A stretch of 64,000 nucleotides of DNA. Origin: Octopus vulgaris. Taxonomy: Eukaryota. Below the pieces are notes generated by a model. That model did not search any database. It had not been told where the DNA came from and saw only the letters and a program-made list of their open reading frames with translations. The translations under genes and the position numbers were made by a program. This document shows, piece after piece, positions 40,751-53,820 of this stretch; the first letter of the stretch is position 1; every line of letters starts with the position of its first letter. The DNA lies in NCBI GenBank assembly GCA_951406725.2, contig OX597814.1, forward strand, positions 102,610,001-102,674,000. Direction: 5' to 3'.

Positions 40751-43110
40751 TTGCGTAATCGAGTGTTGAACCAGATTCGATACGAAAAGTCAGCTATTTG
40801 TTCAAATCTTCCCGAAACGCAGGAGCAGGAAGTAACCCACAACCGGCATATTCCAACAGATGACCATCAATGCTCAACATCAAATAGCCAAAAGACAAAG
40901 AATGAAAAATGGTCTAGGGGAGATAATAATGAAGTTCTTATAGCCTTTTATCATGCCATATATTTCCCCACAAATAAATCTAATACTAAACAAACCTACT
41001 TAAACTGGAGACAGAAACACCTTGAAGTAAGATCCTACATAGACAGTAACAAACTTGCCAACATCAGAAGAAACATTATGAGAAAGAAATTAATAATTGA
41101 ATTAGAGATTGACCAAATTAAACAATCAGTAAGGGATAAAATGAACGAAGTTGCAGCTAAAGAAGATACTACAGAGGAAATAATTATAGACCAGCCCAGG
41201 GCTGATGTAAACGCAATAATGATTGAAAGGATTAATGTAGCTGATAATCAAAGTGAAATACTCTCTGAACCAACCATAAACACTAAGGCAGATGAAAATC
41301 AAATAGATGAAGAAAGTCACACAGAAATTGACCCAACAGAACTACATGATATAAAAAAATCAAATCATGATTGAATGGTTGAAAAATAAAAAAACTAGTA
41401 TGAATGAACACAACAATCTCCCAAAAATTTACAATTCTAACCAAAACCTGAAAATAATTGGTAAAATCTGCCTTGTACTTAAGGATATAATTTCAGCTAA
41501 TGATGTTGATATTACAGATCTCAACCACCTGTACTATGCATCTGCAATTCTATGTGGTGAAAAGATTAGAAAACGACAACATTCCCACAAAAAGCCTGCT
41601 TGGCAAGAGCATATTCAACATCAAATTCAGCTACTTATGTCTGACATAGAATGTTTAAAAAAAACCTTAAGTTTGACAAGACTATCAAACCAACAAAAAT
41701 CCGAAAATTAAAAAATATAATATGAAAACCATATTTGACATCGATACCATCATAAAAACCATCAAGCAAAAGGTATGTGCTAAAGCAAAGTATGAAAAGC
41801 ACGTTAGATTCTTCAAGGACAACAACATGTTCAAAAATAGCTCCAAAAATTTGTACTGGAAGATAAGGAAAATACCAGTAAAGTCTGTTCTATCAAAAGA
41901 AGAAGTGCAGGAATTTTGGAATAAAATTTGGGCAGAAGAAAAAACACACAAAGAAAAGACCCTTTGGATTGATAGAATATCTACATATTTAGACTCCTTA
42001 GAAGAGCAAAAGTGGGAGGGTATCAAGGTAGAGGATGTAAGATTTGCTCTCAGGAAGTCAAGCAAATGGAAGTCTCCAGGAAAGGATAAAATTCCTAACT
42101 TCTGGCTGAATCCCTTCCCAGAGAGTCATGAACTGCTAACAAAACTTTACAACAATGTTTTGCAACAACCTAGTATGATTTCCTCTTGGCTAGTTAATAG
42201 TGTAGCATTCCTACTTCCAAAAAATGAAGAAACAAATGGACCAAAAAATTATAGACACATTACCTGCTTAACAACAATGTATAAAATGCTGACATATGTC
42301 TATACCTATAGTTTCTTAAGAGAAAGTGGCATATTCCCTAATGGTTGCAAAGATCAGCTGCTCATCAATAAGATGATCTTGGAAGATTGTCACAAATGAC
42401 ACAAAAACTTGTGGATAGCCTGGATAGACTATAAAAAAGCTTTTGATAGTCTACCAAATAGCCGGATTAAGAAATGTCTGGAAATGTATAAAATAGCACC
42501 TACTCTGTGAAACTTCTTGTCTGTAAGTATGAGATCATGGAGAACAACACTGACTTTGAACAGTGACAATGAATCTCTTAATGCTGTAGATGTAAGAATT
42601 TCATGTGGCATTTTCTAGGGGGACTCTCTATCACCACTCCTCTTTTGTCTAGCCTTAATATCTCTCTTGAAATTGCTCAGTGATGTACAGTACGGTTATA
42701 AAATGTTTGATAAAAATATAAATCATCTCATTTACATGGATGATCTAAAGCTTTTTGCAAAAAGTGACCAACAACTACAAAGCTTACTAGTGATTGTTAA
42801 ACAATTCAGCGATGACATCAGGATGCAATTTGGCCTCGATAAATGTGCAAAGGCTACCTTTATCAAAGGAAAAATGACAGAAACATCCAATGTTAATCTT
42901 GACCAGCAGAGTGTGGAGAGCTACAAATACCTAGGGGTATGTGAAGGGGATGGAATCAAACATTCAGTGATGAGGGAAAGGATCAGAAGAGGATGTTATT
43001 GCAGAGTAAGGGCAATACTCAAGATAGAGCTGAATGCAAGAAACAGGATTGACGTGGTCAATACTTTAGCCATACCAGTCGTGACTTACAGTTTCAATAT
43101 CATTAACTGG
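40751..43110 (+). mobile_element. R4/Dong-clade non-LTR retrotransposon, fragmented, 3' truncated
   Basis: Myb-like KWSRGDN; WKSPGKDKIPNFWL; NYRHITCL; IDYKKAFDS; NHLIYMDDLKLFA; FGLDKC; YKYLG. Confidence 0.85.
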
Positions 43111-44589
43111 TACTCAATTTATCAACCCTGAAAGGATGAAGGCAAAGTGGACCTCGGTAAGTGCGGCTGTTCTATATCAGTCGAAATAAATCACTGCACC
43201 CTACTATGGTATCAAGTCCTTTGTCTATCGCTCCTTAATACCAAGGCATGTCTGTTCTCTTCTATTTTTAATTCTATTTTCAAGTCTTCCAGTAAGGAAA
43301 GAGTTGGAATGTAGATGGGAAAAAAAAATAGATGTTGAAATTGAGAAAAGTCTTGTACATATTTACTGTTGTGCTTACAGATTGTATATGTAATGTGCAT
43401 GTTAGCTTACTGATTTCTCCATTTGAAAACCCCAGCTTTTCCAGACTCTCACCTAAGCACTTACGAACAAAACCAGGTGCACCAATTATGGTTGATATAA
43501 AGGTGAATTTATAATCTGGGTATAGAAGTTGAAAGTTTCGAAGTAGTTGACCATTATATAGTATAATTAACTGAAATTATTCGTGAAATTAGTTGGAAAA
43601 AAATTTCTTTAGGTGCGTTTAAAATCTAGAAATAAATAAATAAATGAATAAATAGATAAATAAATAAAGAAAGAAGGAAAGAAAGAAGGAAAGAAATCTC
43701 AGTAATTAATTATAATTTGCAGATGGAAGTATTAAAGGAACAAACATGTGTCCAATCTTATTAACACTCCTCAGAGCAGGCTATTACATTTAATTGGCAG
43801 GATCAAGATAGAGCAATGTAGATATACACACATTCAGACATACAAACATATGTACACACACACACACACACACAAATAGAGTGTGTAATGATACTGATTT
43901 ATGAATGCCAGCAATGTGAGTGAGGGTAAACACCTCAGGGGAAACTATTGCATTCTACATACAAGTACGGTAGTCTCACATATGTAATATAATAAACTGA
44001 AAAACATATATTACCTCAGATTGTCTATAGAACTAGAGAAACGAACAAGGACAAACATGCATAATACACACAAGCACGCACAACTACATACAAATGTGCG
44101 CGCGCATGTGCGTGTACACGCAGGCCTATGCCACCCACTTTCTCTTTCTCTATATATATATATAATATATAAATAATATATAAATATATGCATATATACA
44201 TACATATATGTACATACCTACATATATATGTATATTCGCCATGGTAGATCGGTAGCCACTACACACATTTTATCTCTCCTTGTTTCTCTCGTTTCTTTCT
44301 GTGTTCCTTTCTGTTGAAGAGCGTAGGCTCGAAACGTTAAAGACTTTTTTTCAATTCCCGAGCGTTATACTAATCCATCTGTTTGTTTTCTACCACAGAT
44401 ATATTTTAGATATATAAACAAGGCTAACTTAGCTATTTCTCCGTAGACTGTGGTCAACCTTAATCGATTTTCGAATCTTATTGTTATCTCATCCAGGGCT
44501 ATTACATACTCAACATTTCCAGTAGCTATCGAAAACTGGGGCTACTAATTTGGACAACCTAAGTGTTAACACTTAGATATTCCTCATAA

Positions 44590-45394
44590 AGTTTTTCTTC
44601 CCATAACTAAGTTGGAAGAAAAACTTTATGAGGAAGTAGAAAAAACTTTTGATCAGGAGTACAAGAAATATATCATTAAAAAGTGGCAACGCTCTCTTGA
44701 TGATTGCTTCATCTTCTGGGACAGATCGAATGAAGTTCTAAGTATATTTAATAATATACTGAACACACTTCACCGATCCATCAAATTCACGACAGAATCC
44801 AGTTGCAATGAATTACCATTCCTGGATATCCACGTAAAAATACAGAAATCCACAGTCACAACAGACATATTTTACAGAAAAACTGACACACACCAATATT
44901 TAAATTTCTACTCTTGCCATCAAAAGAGACATCCCATACAATATGGCGAGAGGCATCCGTGCTATATTGACTGACCACAAAATACGTGAAATCTGATTAA
45001 AAGAACTCAAAGGCTTCCTCATAATGCAGAAATACCCCTTAGGATTAATTAATGAGGGAATTAAAAAGGCGATGAAACTGAACATCACCCAACGGCGGAC
45101 ACCTAAGGAAAAAGTTAATGAAAACACGATTCCGTTCACTAACACACACAGTCCTGGAATAACCAACATCTTTCATGCTATAAAATGGAACTTACCTATT
45201 ACTCCTACAACTCACCAAAATAAAAAATCTGATTGAAAAAGAAAACACCTTACGGAATAGTAGTAGATGCCAACCGAAAAATCTTTAAGAAAACTTTACA
45301 TAGGGCAGTATTCAAATCAGAGTATGAATCAGAATTCTTAGTGAAAGAATGTGGAGAGAGGAGATGTGGAACATGCAGCAACAGCGGCGGCGGC

Positions 45395-45437
<43 letters not shown>

Positions 45438-45750
45438 ACAACAACAACAACAACAACTTCAAATACTTAGAAAGTGGTCTCCACAAAATTCAAGAGAGGG
45501 TCCTTTTTCAAAATAAATGCAGATATGAACGCAAAACTTCATATACTGCATTACCTGCCCAAACTGCAAAGAAAATTACATTGGCAAAACAAATAATTCC
45601 CTCCGCCGATGTGCAAGAATCCACAGGCAACATATCCGACAAGAAGAATTATGCAAGATTCCATTAAGTAAGCATCTGGAAATATGCAGCGATGGGAAAA
45701 TTCAATAATTTTCCCTTTTACAAATGTGCACGGAATGATCCGCAATACTG
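44590..45750 (+). mobile_element. Penelope-like element fragment (RT + GIY-YIG), interrupted by trinucleotide tract 45375-45457
   Basis: RSLDDCFIFW, IKFTTE, LPFLDI, FYRKTDTHQYLNFYSCH; FIYCITCPNCKENYIGKTN. Confidence 0.88.
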
Positions 45751-45869
45751 AAAGGCAATACTGAAGGTAAAGCGAGATCTCGAAAGCACGCCGAGGGTCA
45801 ATGTAATCGACTTAACCCCTCTCCCGAAACTGCTGGCAAAAATTTGAAATCAATATGTTAGGAGTATTT

Positions 45870-46055
45870 AAGGTGACGAGCTGGCAGAATCGTTATCTCG
45901 CCGGGCAAAATGCTTCGTGGTATTTCGTTCGTCCTTACGTTCCGAGTTAAAATTCCGTCGAAGTTGATTTTACCTTTCATCCTGACCACTGGAGTGGATG
46001 TGATTGACTTAACCCCTTCCCGAAATTGCTGGCTTTGTGCCAAAATTTGAAATCA
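45870..46055 (+). mobile_element. tRNA-derived SINE (family A)
   Basis: GGTGACGAGCTGGCAGAATCGTT head. Confidence 0.8.
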
Positions 46056-48427
46056 ATATATATCTGTATATTTATACATGAATGTTCATCGCCTGAATAT
46101 CCTCAGTCTTTATTTCTCTTTATTTTCATGTATATATGTATGTATATCTTATATATCTAGCCCAAGCGGTTTTATTTGTATATTTGCATTATTATCTCCA
46201 TATTCTGTTCACCTGGATTCCTCTTATAGCCATTCCTTACTCCGCGGACTTGGCCCTCGGTAAGATTTTAGAGTATAAGTTAAAATCATTTGAACACTAT
46301 TGAATAATATTATTAAAGTCTCACATTGACAGAATACCTTGGAATTTTATAAGAGTCAAAATGAAGTAGTGGAGTTCATAACGTTTTCCTTAATATTAAC
46401 GATGTAAATTCATATTTTAAGTCGCCGACAAAATACTGCGTAAATTTTCCGCAAATCACCCTCTTATCGTCTTAGAAAAAAGTGTATTCCTTTGCGCACA
46501 TTGCCAGAGAAAAAAGATGCGATCGTTACGGTTAGAATGCACTGGTCATCTGTCTAACTTACCTGGGAGTAAAGAAGAACACCACAGCATATACCATAAT
46601 GTCAGAAAATATTAATTTAATTTTTATTTTATTCGTAACAGAATTAAAAAGTACAAGATTCGAGTATTTTGTAATATTAGTGCATGTTAAATAGTTTCAA
46701 TAGAAATTTGAAACAATAACGCACATATTTTGTACAAATGCTATCTCATGAAAAAAAGTATACGTTAAGCTATGAATTGTAAGGGACTTAACTGTTGTTA
46801 AATCCATAATAGCCTCCCTTGGATCGAATAGTAAATGCTTGAAAAAAGTTAACTCAGTACTAGGTTGTCCCCAATTCTCTCTTTCTCTCTCTCTCTCAGT
46901 CACACACCCATACATACATACAGACAGACAGACATACACACATACACACATACAAACATACACACAGAAACACATACATACACACACACATACACACACA
47001 TACGTACAAAAGCAACAGAAAATGATGAGTGTTCTCCAAATGCAATCCATTAGTCGCTCAGTGAAAATTTTTAAGACATTCCAATGATTCTCTGAGTTTT
47101 TTTAGGTGAACAGACGTATATACTTCTGTGTGTACATCAACAGCTCAACCAACACGCCCACTCAACCACATATGTACTAACACCGGGAAATCTCTTAACT
47201 CAAAATGTCTTCTTTCTCGTTATTTATTTTTCCTATTACCTAAATATATTCGCAAATTTTAGTATTTAGTTCACTTTTTTTCTATTCCATGGCATTCACT
47301 TCTTTCCTCTTCCATTCACATCACTTCTGGTCTGATCCCTTTGCTCTCGTATTTGACTCTCACATTTTTGCAGCATAAAATAGGACGACAACCGGTGCAC
47401 GGCTGCACTACACTGTACTAGCCTTGCATATTCTTGCTCTCTCCTTTTTGTATTGCTCAGGCACTGGCTTATCTTTGGAGTTTTCTGACCAAATGCCATT
47501 CAGAAAATAGAAAATTAATTCATTTTCAAGAAATTAAGAAAAAAAATGATAAAAACGTTTCATACTTTATCATGTGAGATTTGGCTGTTGCTTCTAGCAG
47601 GTGCAACCACAATTGAGGCTGTGTGACGATTGCAGGGAGGAGTGAAGCTAAAGGGTAAGAATCGTAATATTAAAAAAAAGCGAAATTTTTAGATGTCAAA
47701 CGAAAAACTAATTAGTGATGAAGAGAAGTGTTCGATATTTATTGATAATATATTATAAACACTTCGATCTATTATTTGCATTAAATCATATTTGGAATTC
47801 TTCACAAACTGCGCAGTAAAACAGATTTTATTTTGCATAAAAGAAAATAATACAACGTAAAGTATACTAGCCATCTCAACATGGCTAACCACTAAGGGTG
47901 GGTGTTACTGTAGCTTTTAGCCCCAGGAGATCATTGTCTCCAGCTGGCTTTAGGCACACTTTCTGTGCTCTTATGGTATTTGCAAAGGGAGGTCATCCCT
48001 CTCTCGTCAACCTAAGTGATACGCACGGACTGCAGTTTCTAGGTATTTGCCTGTCTTCGACGTACGGCAATCACCGGTTTTCGATGAATTTATCTTTATT
48101 ATGATCAAGTGATCTAACATAGAATTGGGACATTACAGAACAAAACAATTACAAAAATGCTATGCAAATTCGAATGAAATTATAAAAATTACAAAAATAA
48201 AATTTTACGTAACTTGAACGAACACTTGGCTTACTTTGCCTTGAAACGAAACCTTGGCTTACTTTTGCCTTTATCACGAGAACTTTTAGTGCGTATGTTT
48301 TCTTTTTTTTTATTATTTTTTTATTTTAAACAGTTATGTACAGTGAAAGGGAATGGGAGGTACCAGTTTCAATTTTGAACCCGGCAGTCTATAAATCCCA
48401 GCAGCTGATTTTTCCTTTCCTCGATGA

Positions 48428-51400
48428 TTAAGCTGGGTTACTCTCACCCACCTTTCTCATCACATCCTTCCAACGTTCCATATACTCTTTCTGTGGCAGG
48501 CTCCTCTTCTCCAACCCCATCTTGCTCTTCAGATGATATCCGAAGTATTTTAACAAACCGGGGCCAGAGATAAAGGACCCTTTCACTAGACCTTCCAATC
48601 TAGTTCTCCATACACATTCTTTCAATACTGCCACCGTACAGTAAAAACAAGCCTTACCTTCCTTTGAGTGTCCAGTTGGCGGTATCATCTTAATCATAGA
48701 TCCAGCCGACAGCTGTACTCGTCCCAGATGCGACAACACGTGTTCAACGTAACTTATCAAGCCTGACAGCTCCCGTCATTGTACAAAAGCGTGTTGAACG
48801 GTTTCATCGTCCAACCCACATCTTGGACACGTCGGTGGCACTAACATTCTGTGCCTGGATAACTTCTCGCGAACAGGTAATGCATTCCTATAGCACTGCC
48901 AGGTCAGGGATTTTTGGTAATTATCCAAATACCCTGACCTGAAAGTCTTCTTAAACAGGTTGGAGAGTTGATCCTCATCGAACCCCAGAGCCCCTCCTAG
49001 GACGTCGTCATTTTTTTCCTTCTACCAGCCCTTTATAGAACACCGAGGTGGTATTCCCGTTGCCGGCCTTGCCCATCTTGTGGATCAGCCAGAGTGCCTG
49101 TCGGCACTCCTTCTGCCATGAAGTCAGGTTACGTCCTTTAATGAGACCGGGTGTAAATCCCTCCATAGAGGCCGGTCGCGGGAAGAATTCCTCTGCCAGC
49201 GAACTCCACACCTTATCATCCTCCAGGTAACACCAGAGGTGTCTCAGCCTCAACGCATGCTTGCGCATCATTAGCCAAGGCATCCCCAGTCCACCCTTTA
49301 GCGGTTCCTGGCAACACACGGAGCGCCTCACAAGTGGCTTTCCTCCTGTCCACAAAAAGCGGAAAAGGAGTCGTTCCAACTTGTTTAACCACGAATCGGG
49401 GCAAGGCACGACGGTCAGGCGGTAGGTGACGACAAAGGCTATAAACATCTGTGCCACCTCCGCCCTCCCTTTCAAGGAAAGATGCCTTCCGGGCCACTTC
49501 CGTACTATGGCATCCACCTTGCTCGTTACCTCGCTCCAATTCTTCTCCGTCTGGGAGTCTGGACCAAACCAGACTCCGAGCAATTTAACGGGACCATCCG
49601 TCCAGTGTCCAACAACACTGGACGGTATCGGCTTGTTCCTCCAGGTGCCGAGGCGCAAACCGATGGACTTGTCCCTGTTAACTTTTGCCCCTGCCACCGC
49701 TTCGTATCTATGGAGAGCACCTGCTACCCGAGGTAGCTGTGTTTCGTTGGACACGATGAGGGTGACGTCATCCGCATAGGCAGAAACAGACTTACCGCAG
49801 CAATGGCTCAAGAGCCAAAACATACAGGAGCGGGGACAAGGGGCACCCTTGACGAACTGAACGCTTGATCGAAAACGGCTCCGTTAGGTAACCGTTTATC
49901 TGGACTGTGGACTTGATGCCGCTGTACATAGCTGAGATCCACCCGCAGAAGCCAGGGCCCAGCCCAGCCGCTTCGAGGACCGCCGCCAAGTACCGATGGT
50001 CTACCCTATCAAACGCTTTACTTTGGTCTTAATGGCCCAATGCCCCTCCTTTGCCGTCTAATTTCCCGACCCTATCTATAGTGTAGTGGAGAAGGTGAAG
50101 ATTCTCCTGGATCGATCTGCCTGGGATTGCACATGTCTGTGCCTTCCCGACAAGTTTCTCCACGACAGCCGTCAACCTTTTTGCTAACACCTTGGCCAAA
50201 ATCTTAAACTCTACATTAAGTAGAGTTATGGGCCTGTAATTACTAATACTGTCCCCCTTGCTCGGGTCTTTCTGGACCAGCGTCACCACTCCGACTCACA
50301 GAGTTGGGAATCCTCCCATTCTGTTGCCAGTTTGCATAGACGCTTACCAGTATGTCCCCGAACAAGTCCGGTATACAACAATAAAATACATAGGGCAGAT
50401 CATCCAGCCCCGGCGACTTTTCCCCGGCGCACTCGGCCATAACCCCTCTTACCTCCGCAGGAGAGATCGATCCTTCACAGCACTCCGCCTCACCAGCCGA
50501 GAGCCGAGGCCCACCAGCTAGGAAGTCCTTTAAGGTCTCCCCACGCTCGAGCGGACCACCGCCCCCAAACAGCCGTGCGAAATGCTGGTGAAGGACCTTC
50601 TGCATCTCCTCCTGTCCATAGATCTTGCGGTCCTGCTCGTCAGTTAAGGACATAATACAGGACTTTTTGCCCTTCTGACTCTCCTCACGACGGGCCCATC
50701 CGGCAACGTTAATACCTTCTCGTTTTCCTGCACATAACTTAGCTCTGACTCTACACCCCTCGTGCTTGGCGTTGAGGTGACAGTACAATACCGCTCTCGC
50801 TGCCAACACTCCAGATGCACAGCCAGATTCCATAGCCTCGTCTAAGTTCTTAACTAATTCGCCCTCTATTCTAGTCCTATCTAAACTTAGCTGTTTGCTA
50901 AATCTAATGGACTCCAAACGGATGGCTCTTTTGAGGGCGAGCCACCATCTATTATTAATGATGGTGCCACATAATGCCCTCTGTACTAATTCCTTAATCC
51001 GGGTACGGAAAGCTTCACAAGTCAAAATAGACTTGTTCATTTTCCAGTACCCGGGACCTTGTCTATGGCATTTATCTACCTGTACCTCACACGTCACAAG
51101 TTTGTGATCCGTGTAAGGCACAACAGAGAATTGTGGACAGCTAACACTATTCCTATCTCGTTCCTTAACAAATACTCTATCTATGTACGATCTGCGTGAG
51201 CCGTCGTTATTACTCCACGTCCACTGTGGAACGTTCGGCTCATCCAGTCGAAAACGGTCTACTAGATTAAAGCTCGCTAGTAGAGCCTTGAGGCCAGGAT
51301 TCCCCTTCCTATCGCTCGAACCTACACTATCCACCCGCGCATCGAGAATGGTGTTGAAATCCCCTACCAAGACTACCGTTTTGGACGTCACTAGAAAGTG

Positions 51401-51772
51401 CTCCAGTTCCCGAAAAAAACCGAACTGCCCACGTCCATTAGGAGCGTAGACAGCCACCAACCTGAAGGACTGCTTACTCACGTGCGTCACATCTAGGACA
51501 ACCAGCCTACCTTCTGGGTCCAGAAAGACAGTACTTACCTGTAAGTCTAAGTTCTTCCTGAAAAGAACTGCCACGCCTGCACCTCCCTCTCGGCTAGGAG
51601 AAATAAATTTCTCGTAACCATTGAGAAGTGGTGAGAACGCTTGGGGTCCTTTCAACTTGGACTCGGTAACAATAGCTACATCGATTCTATGTGGAATGAG
51701 GTCGTCCCGAAAACAAGCATGTTTCCATTTCGACCCCATTCCACGCACATTTATACAACCTAACTTAATCAT
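48428..51772 (-). pseudogene. Tx1 A ORF2 (APE endonuclease, RT, zf-RVT), frameshifted
   Basis: INVRG, VYAPN, GDFN, SYIDR, TDHK, SPGLDDLP, NYRPITLLN, RQGCPLSPLLY, AYADD. Confidence 0.92.
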
Positions 51773-52186
51773 CGAAAAAAAGAAAATTATTTACTCACGG
51801 TTGCAAGAGGGAGCCTGACAGATTCCTTCTGCCTGTCTTCCCCCCCACTCGCCGTTGCTGCTGGGCGTTTCACCGGCGTTGCCACCGGGCTCTGGGTTGG
51901 TGTGGCTGCCGGGCTGACGTATAATTTCCCAGTTGTCACTTCCTGGGTGACATCCTTAATGAAGCCGGCTTTTACGAGGTCTTGTAAGTTTTTTCCTTTC
52001 CATCCTTCTTCGCCGACCCTTGCATATCGCCACTCCGCTTCCTTCTCGGTCGCTTTGTAGCCCTGATCAGCATACTTGCTTGCACAAATTTTGCTACTCT
52101 CTCGTTCCTTGTGGTGTATGCTATAATTTTTTCATTGGGTTTAAACCCTTTTACAGTTGTGGGGTGGGATTTGTTAAAGTGCTGGC

Positions 52187-53311
52187 CTATAAATGTAGGA
52201 CCGCCGGGGTGGGATTGGAGAATATTTTTAATTTGTTCGTCTGCGTTGTTTTTTGTTTTTTTTTTGTGACAGGTGGGGAGTCAGGGGTGATGGATTTTTT
52301 TCCTTTTGTTCGACACGTTCGTGAATTCCATATATTTGTTTTTGTTGTATTAATTTCCTCCTCCTTTCCTTTCTCATTTTGCATTCCGTTCTTGTCTTCC
52401 TCCTTTTTGGAGTTCGACCTGTTTTTTTTTTTTCCTCCTTGCTTTCGCCAGTCGTTACATTGTTCTCCACTTTGCTGCTTTCTGCGTTCTTCACAGCGGT
52501 TTTTTTTTGGGGGGGGGGGGGCGTTGCCTGTATTATTTTTCTTTGTGCAAACGGAGCGAACGTGGCCCTTTTGCTCGCACTTAAAACATCTGGGCCTGCG
52601 TCCTTCCACCGAAACTCGTATGGAGTGCCCCTCCCCCACGAAGACTCTGTCTGGTAGGCTTTCCAGCGTCGCATTTTCCGCCTGAATAATCATCTCCAGC
52701 TGCTGGCCTCTCCAGTGTTTTGCAATTTTCCTCTTCATACTCAAAATTGTCAATTTTGATTCAACATCAAAAATGACCGCTGTTGCCGCCCACATCACGT
52801 CGTAGCCCCTTGGTATATCTTCTAGGGTCACTTTTGCTGTTCTGCACCCTAAATATAAGGGTAGTAGTATTATATTCTCGTTTTTCAACGTTTGCGTCGA
52901 AATTTGCCTTGCTTCTTCCGCCGTCTCAAAATGCGCCTCCACTGTAGCGCTTCTTGCACCTCGGTTGACATGACGAACTTTACTCCATATTGGTGCCATA
53001 CACTTTTCGACCATTTCGTTTTTTACGTCGGTCATTCGTTTTTCTTTTATATTGTACACCTTGTAGGTGACCATTTTTTCCTTTATTGCCTGTATAGTTT
53101 CAGGGGGCGGTACCAACCGTGTTTCTTCACCACTTTTTTGCACCAGCGGTCTGAACTTGAATAGTCTTTCCATTGACACCTCCATTTCTCCCACTTCGCC
53201 ACCTACGGCGTCTGAAAAACTGGGTTTTGCCTGTGTTTCCTTTTGTTTAACAGTTGTTATACCTTCTCCCATCTCGGGAAAGTCTTTTTTTGAACTTAAG
53301 TCTAATTCCAT
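52187..53311 (-). CDS. Tx1 A ORF1 (gag-like, CCHC zinc knuckle)
   Basis: CFKCEQKGHVRSVC; homologous to the copy B ORF1; C-terminus possibly frameshifted. Confidence 0.85.
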   Translation of the reverse strand: MELDLSSKKDFPEMGEGITTVKQKETQAKPSFSDAVGGEVGEMEVSMERLFKFRPLVQKSGEETRLVPPPETIQAIKEKMVTYKVYNIKEKRMTDVKNEMVEKCMAPIWSKVRHVNRGARSATVEAHFETAEEARQISTQTLKNENIILLPLYLGCRTAKVTLEDIPRGYDVMWAATAVIFDVESKLTILSMKRKIAKHWRGQQLEMIIQAENATLESLPDRVFVGEGHSIRVSVEGRRPRCFKCEQKGHVRSVCTKKNNTGNAPPPPKKNRCEERRKQQSGEQCNDWRKQGGKKKNRSNSKKEEDKNGMQNEKGKEEEINTTKTNIWNSRTCRTKGKKSITPDSPPVTKKKQKTTQTNKLKIFSNPTPAVLHL

Positions 53312-53820
53312 ATTAGACAACACAAACTTGTCACAAATGACAAGAGAATTTTTTTCAAAAATAACCTATGCAGGTTAAGAGTTCACACAAAAAAAAACAC
53401 ACAGAAATTTTCTACCCCGAAGGGCGAAAATTACTGGGTCAAAAACAGTTCAACAATTATATTACGTGTAACACAACAAAGTAGACAAACGGAAACGAAC
53501 TCACACAACGATTTGCAGCAACAGAAAGATATTTGATATACTCCGAGGAAAATTTCAAAAAACACCGGTTTTCGATGATAATTCTTTATTATGATTATAA
53601 AATCAGTACATAGAAGAACAATACAGAACATACATACAAAAAACAGTTAAGTGGTTCGTTTAAAAATTTCCAAAATATATGGATTATTCATTATACAAAA
53701 AACTGTATATAAATTGTCCTTTGCATTGACTAATATAACATTACATTGGATTGAAATCTTACCGATATATTTTAAACCCCGGCAACCCCGCAGCTTTCCT
53801 TTCCTCTTCTCCATCCATAG

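Larger units (their letters stand above)
48088..53562 (-). mobile_element. Tx1-clade LINE copy A (near full length)
   Basis: ORF1 + APE-RT ORF2; bounded by CACCGGTTTTCGATGA at 48072-48087 and 53563-53578; AATAAA at the 3' end. Confidence 0.93.

Noticed and set aside
44310-44345. TTGAAGAGCGTAGGCTCGAAACGTT hammerhead-like motif
   Set aside because: Core C3 is missing and stems I and II do not pair in register; at best a fossil
46557-46580. Perfect-looking recursive splice motif on minus (TTCTTCTTTACTCCCAG|GTAAGT)
   Set aside because: Appears to sit at the end of a decayed dispersed repeat (similar to ~30000-30150), so likely chance
47296-47499. 67-aa minus-strand ORF
   Set aside because: No recognisable motif or splice signals
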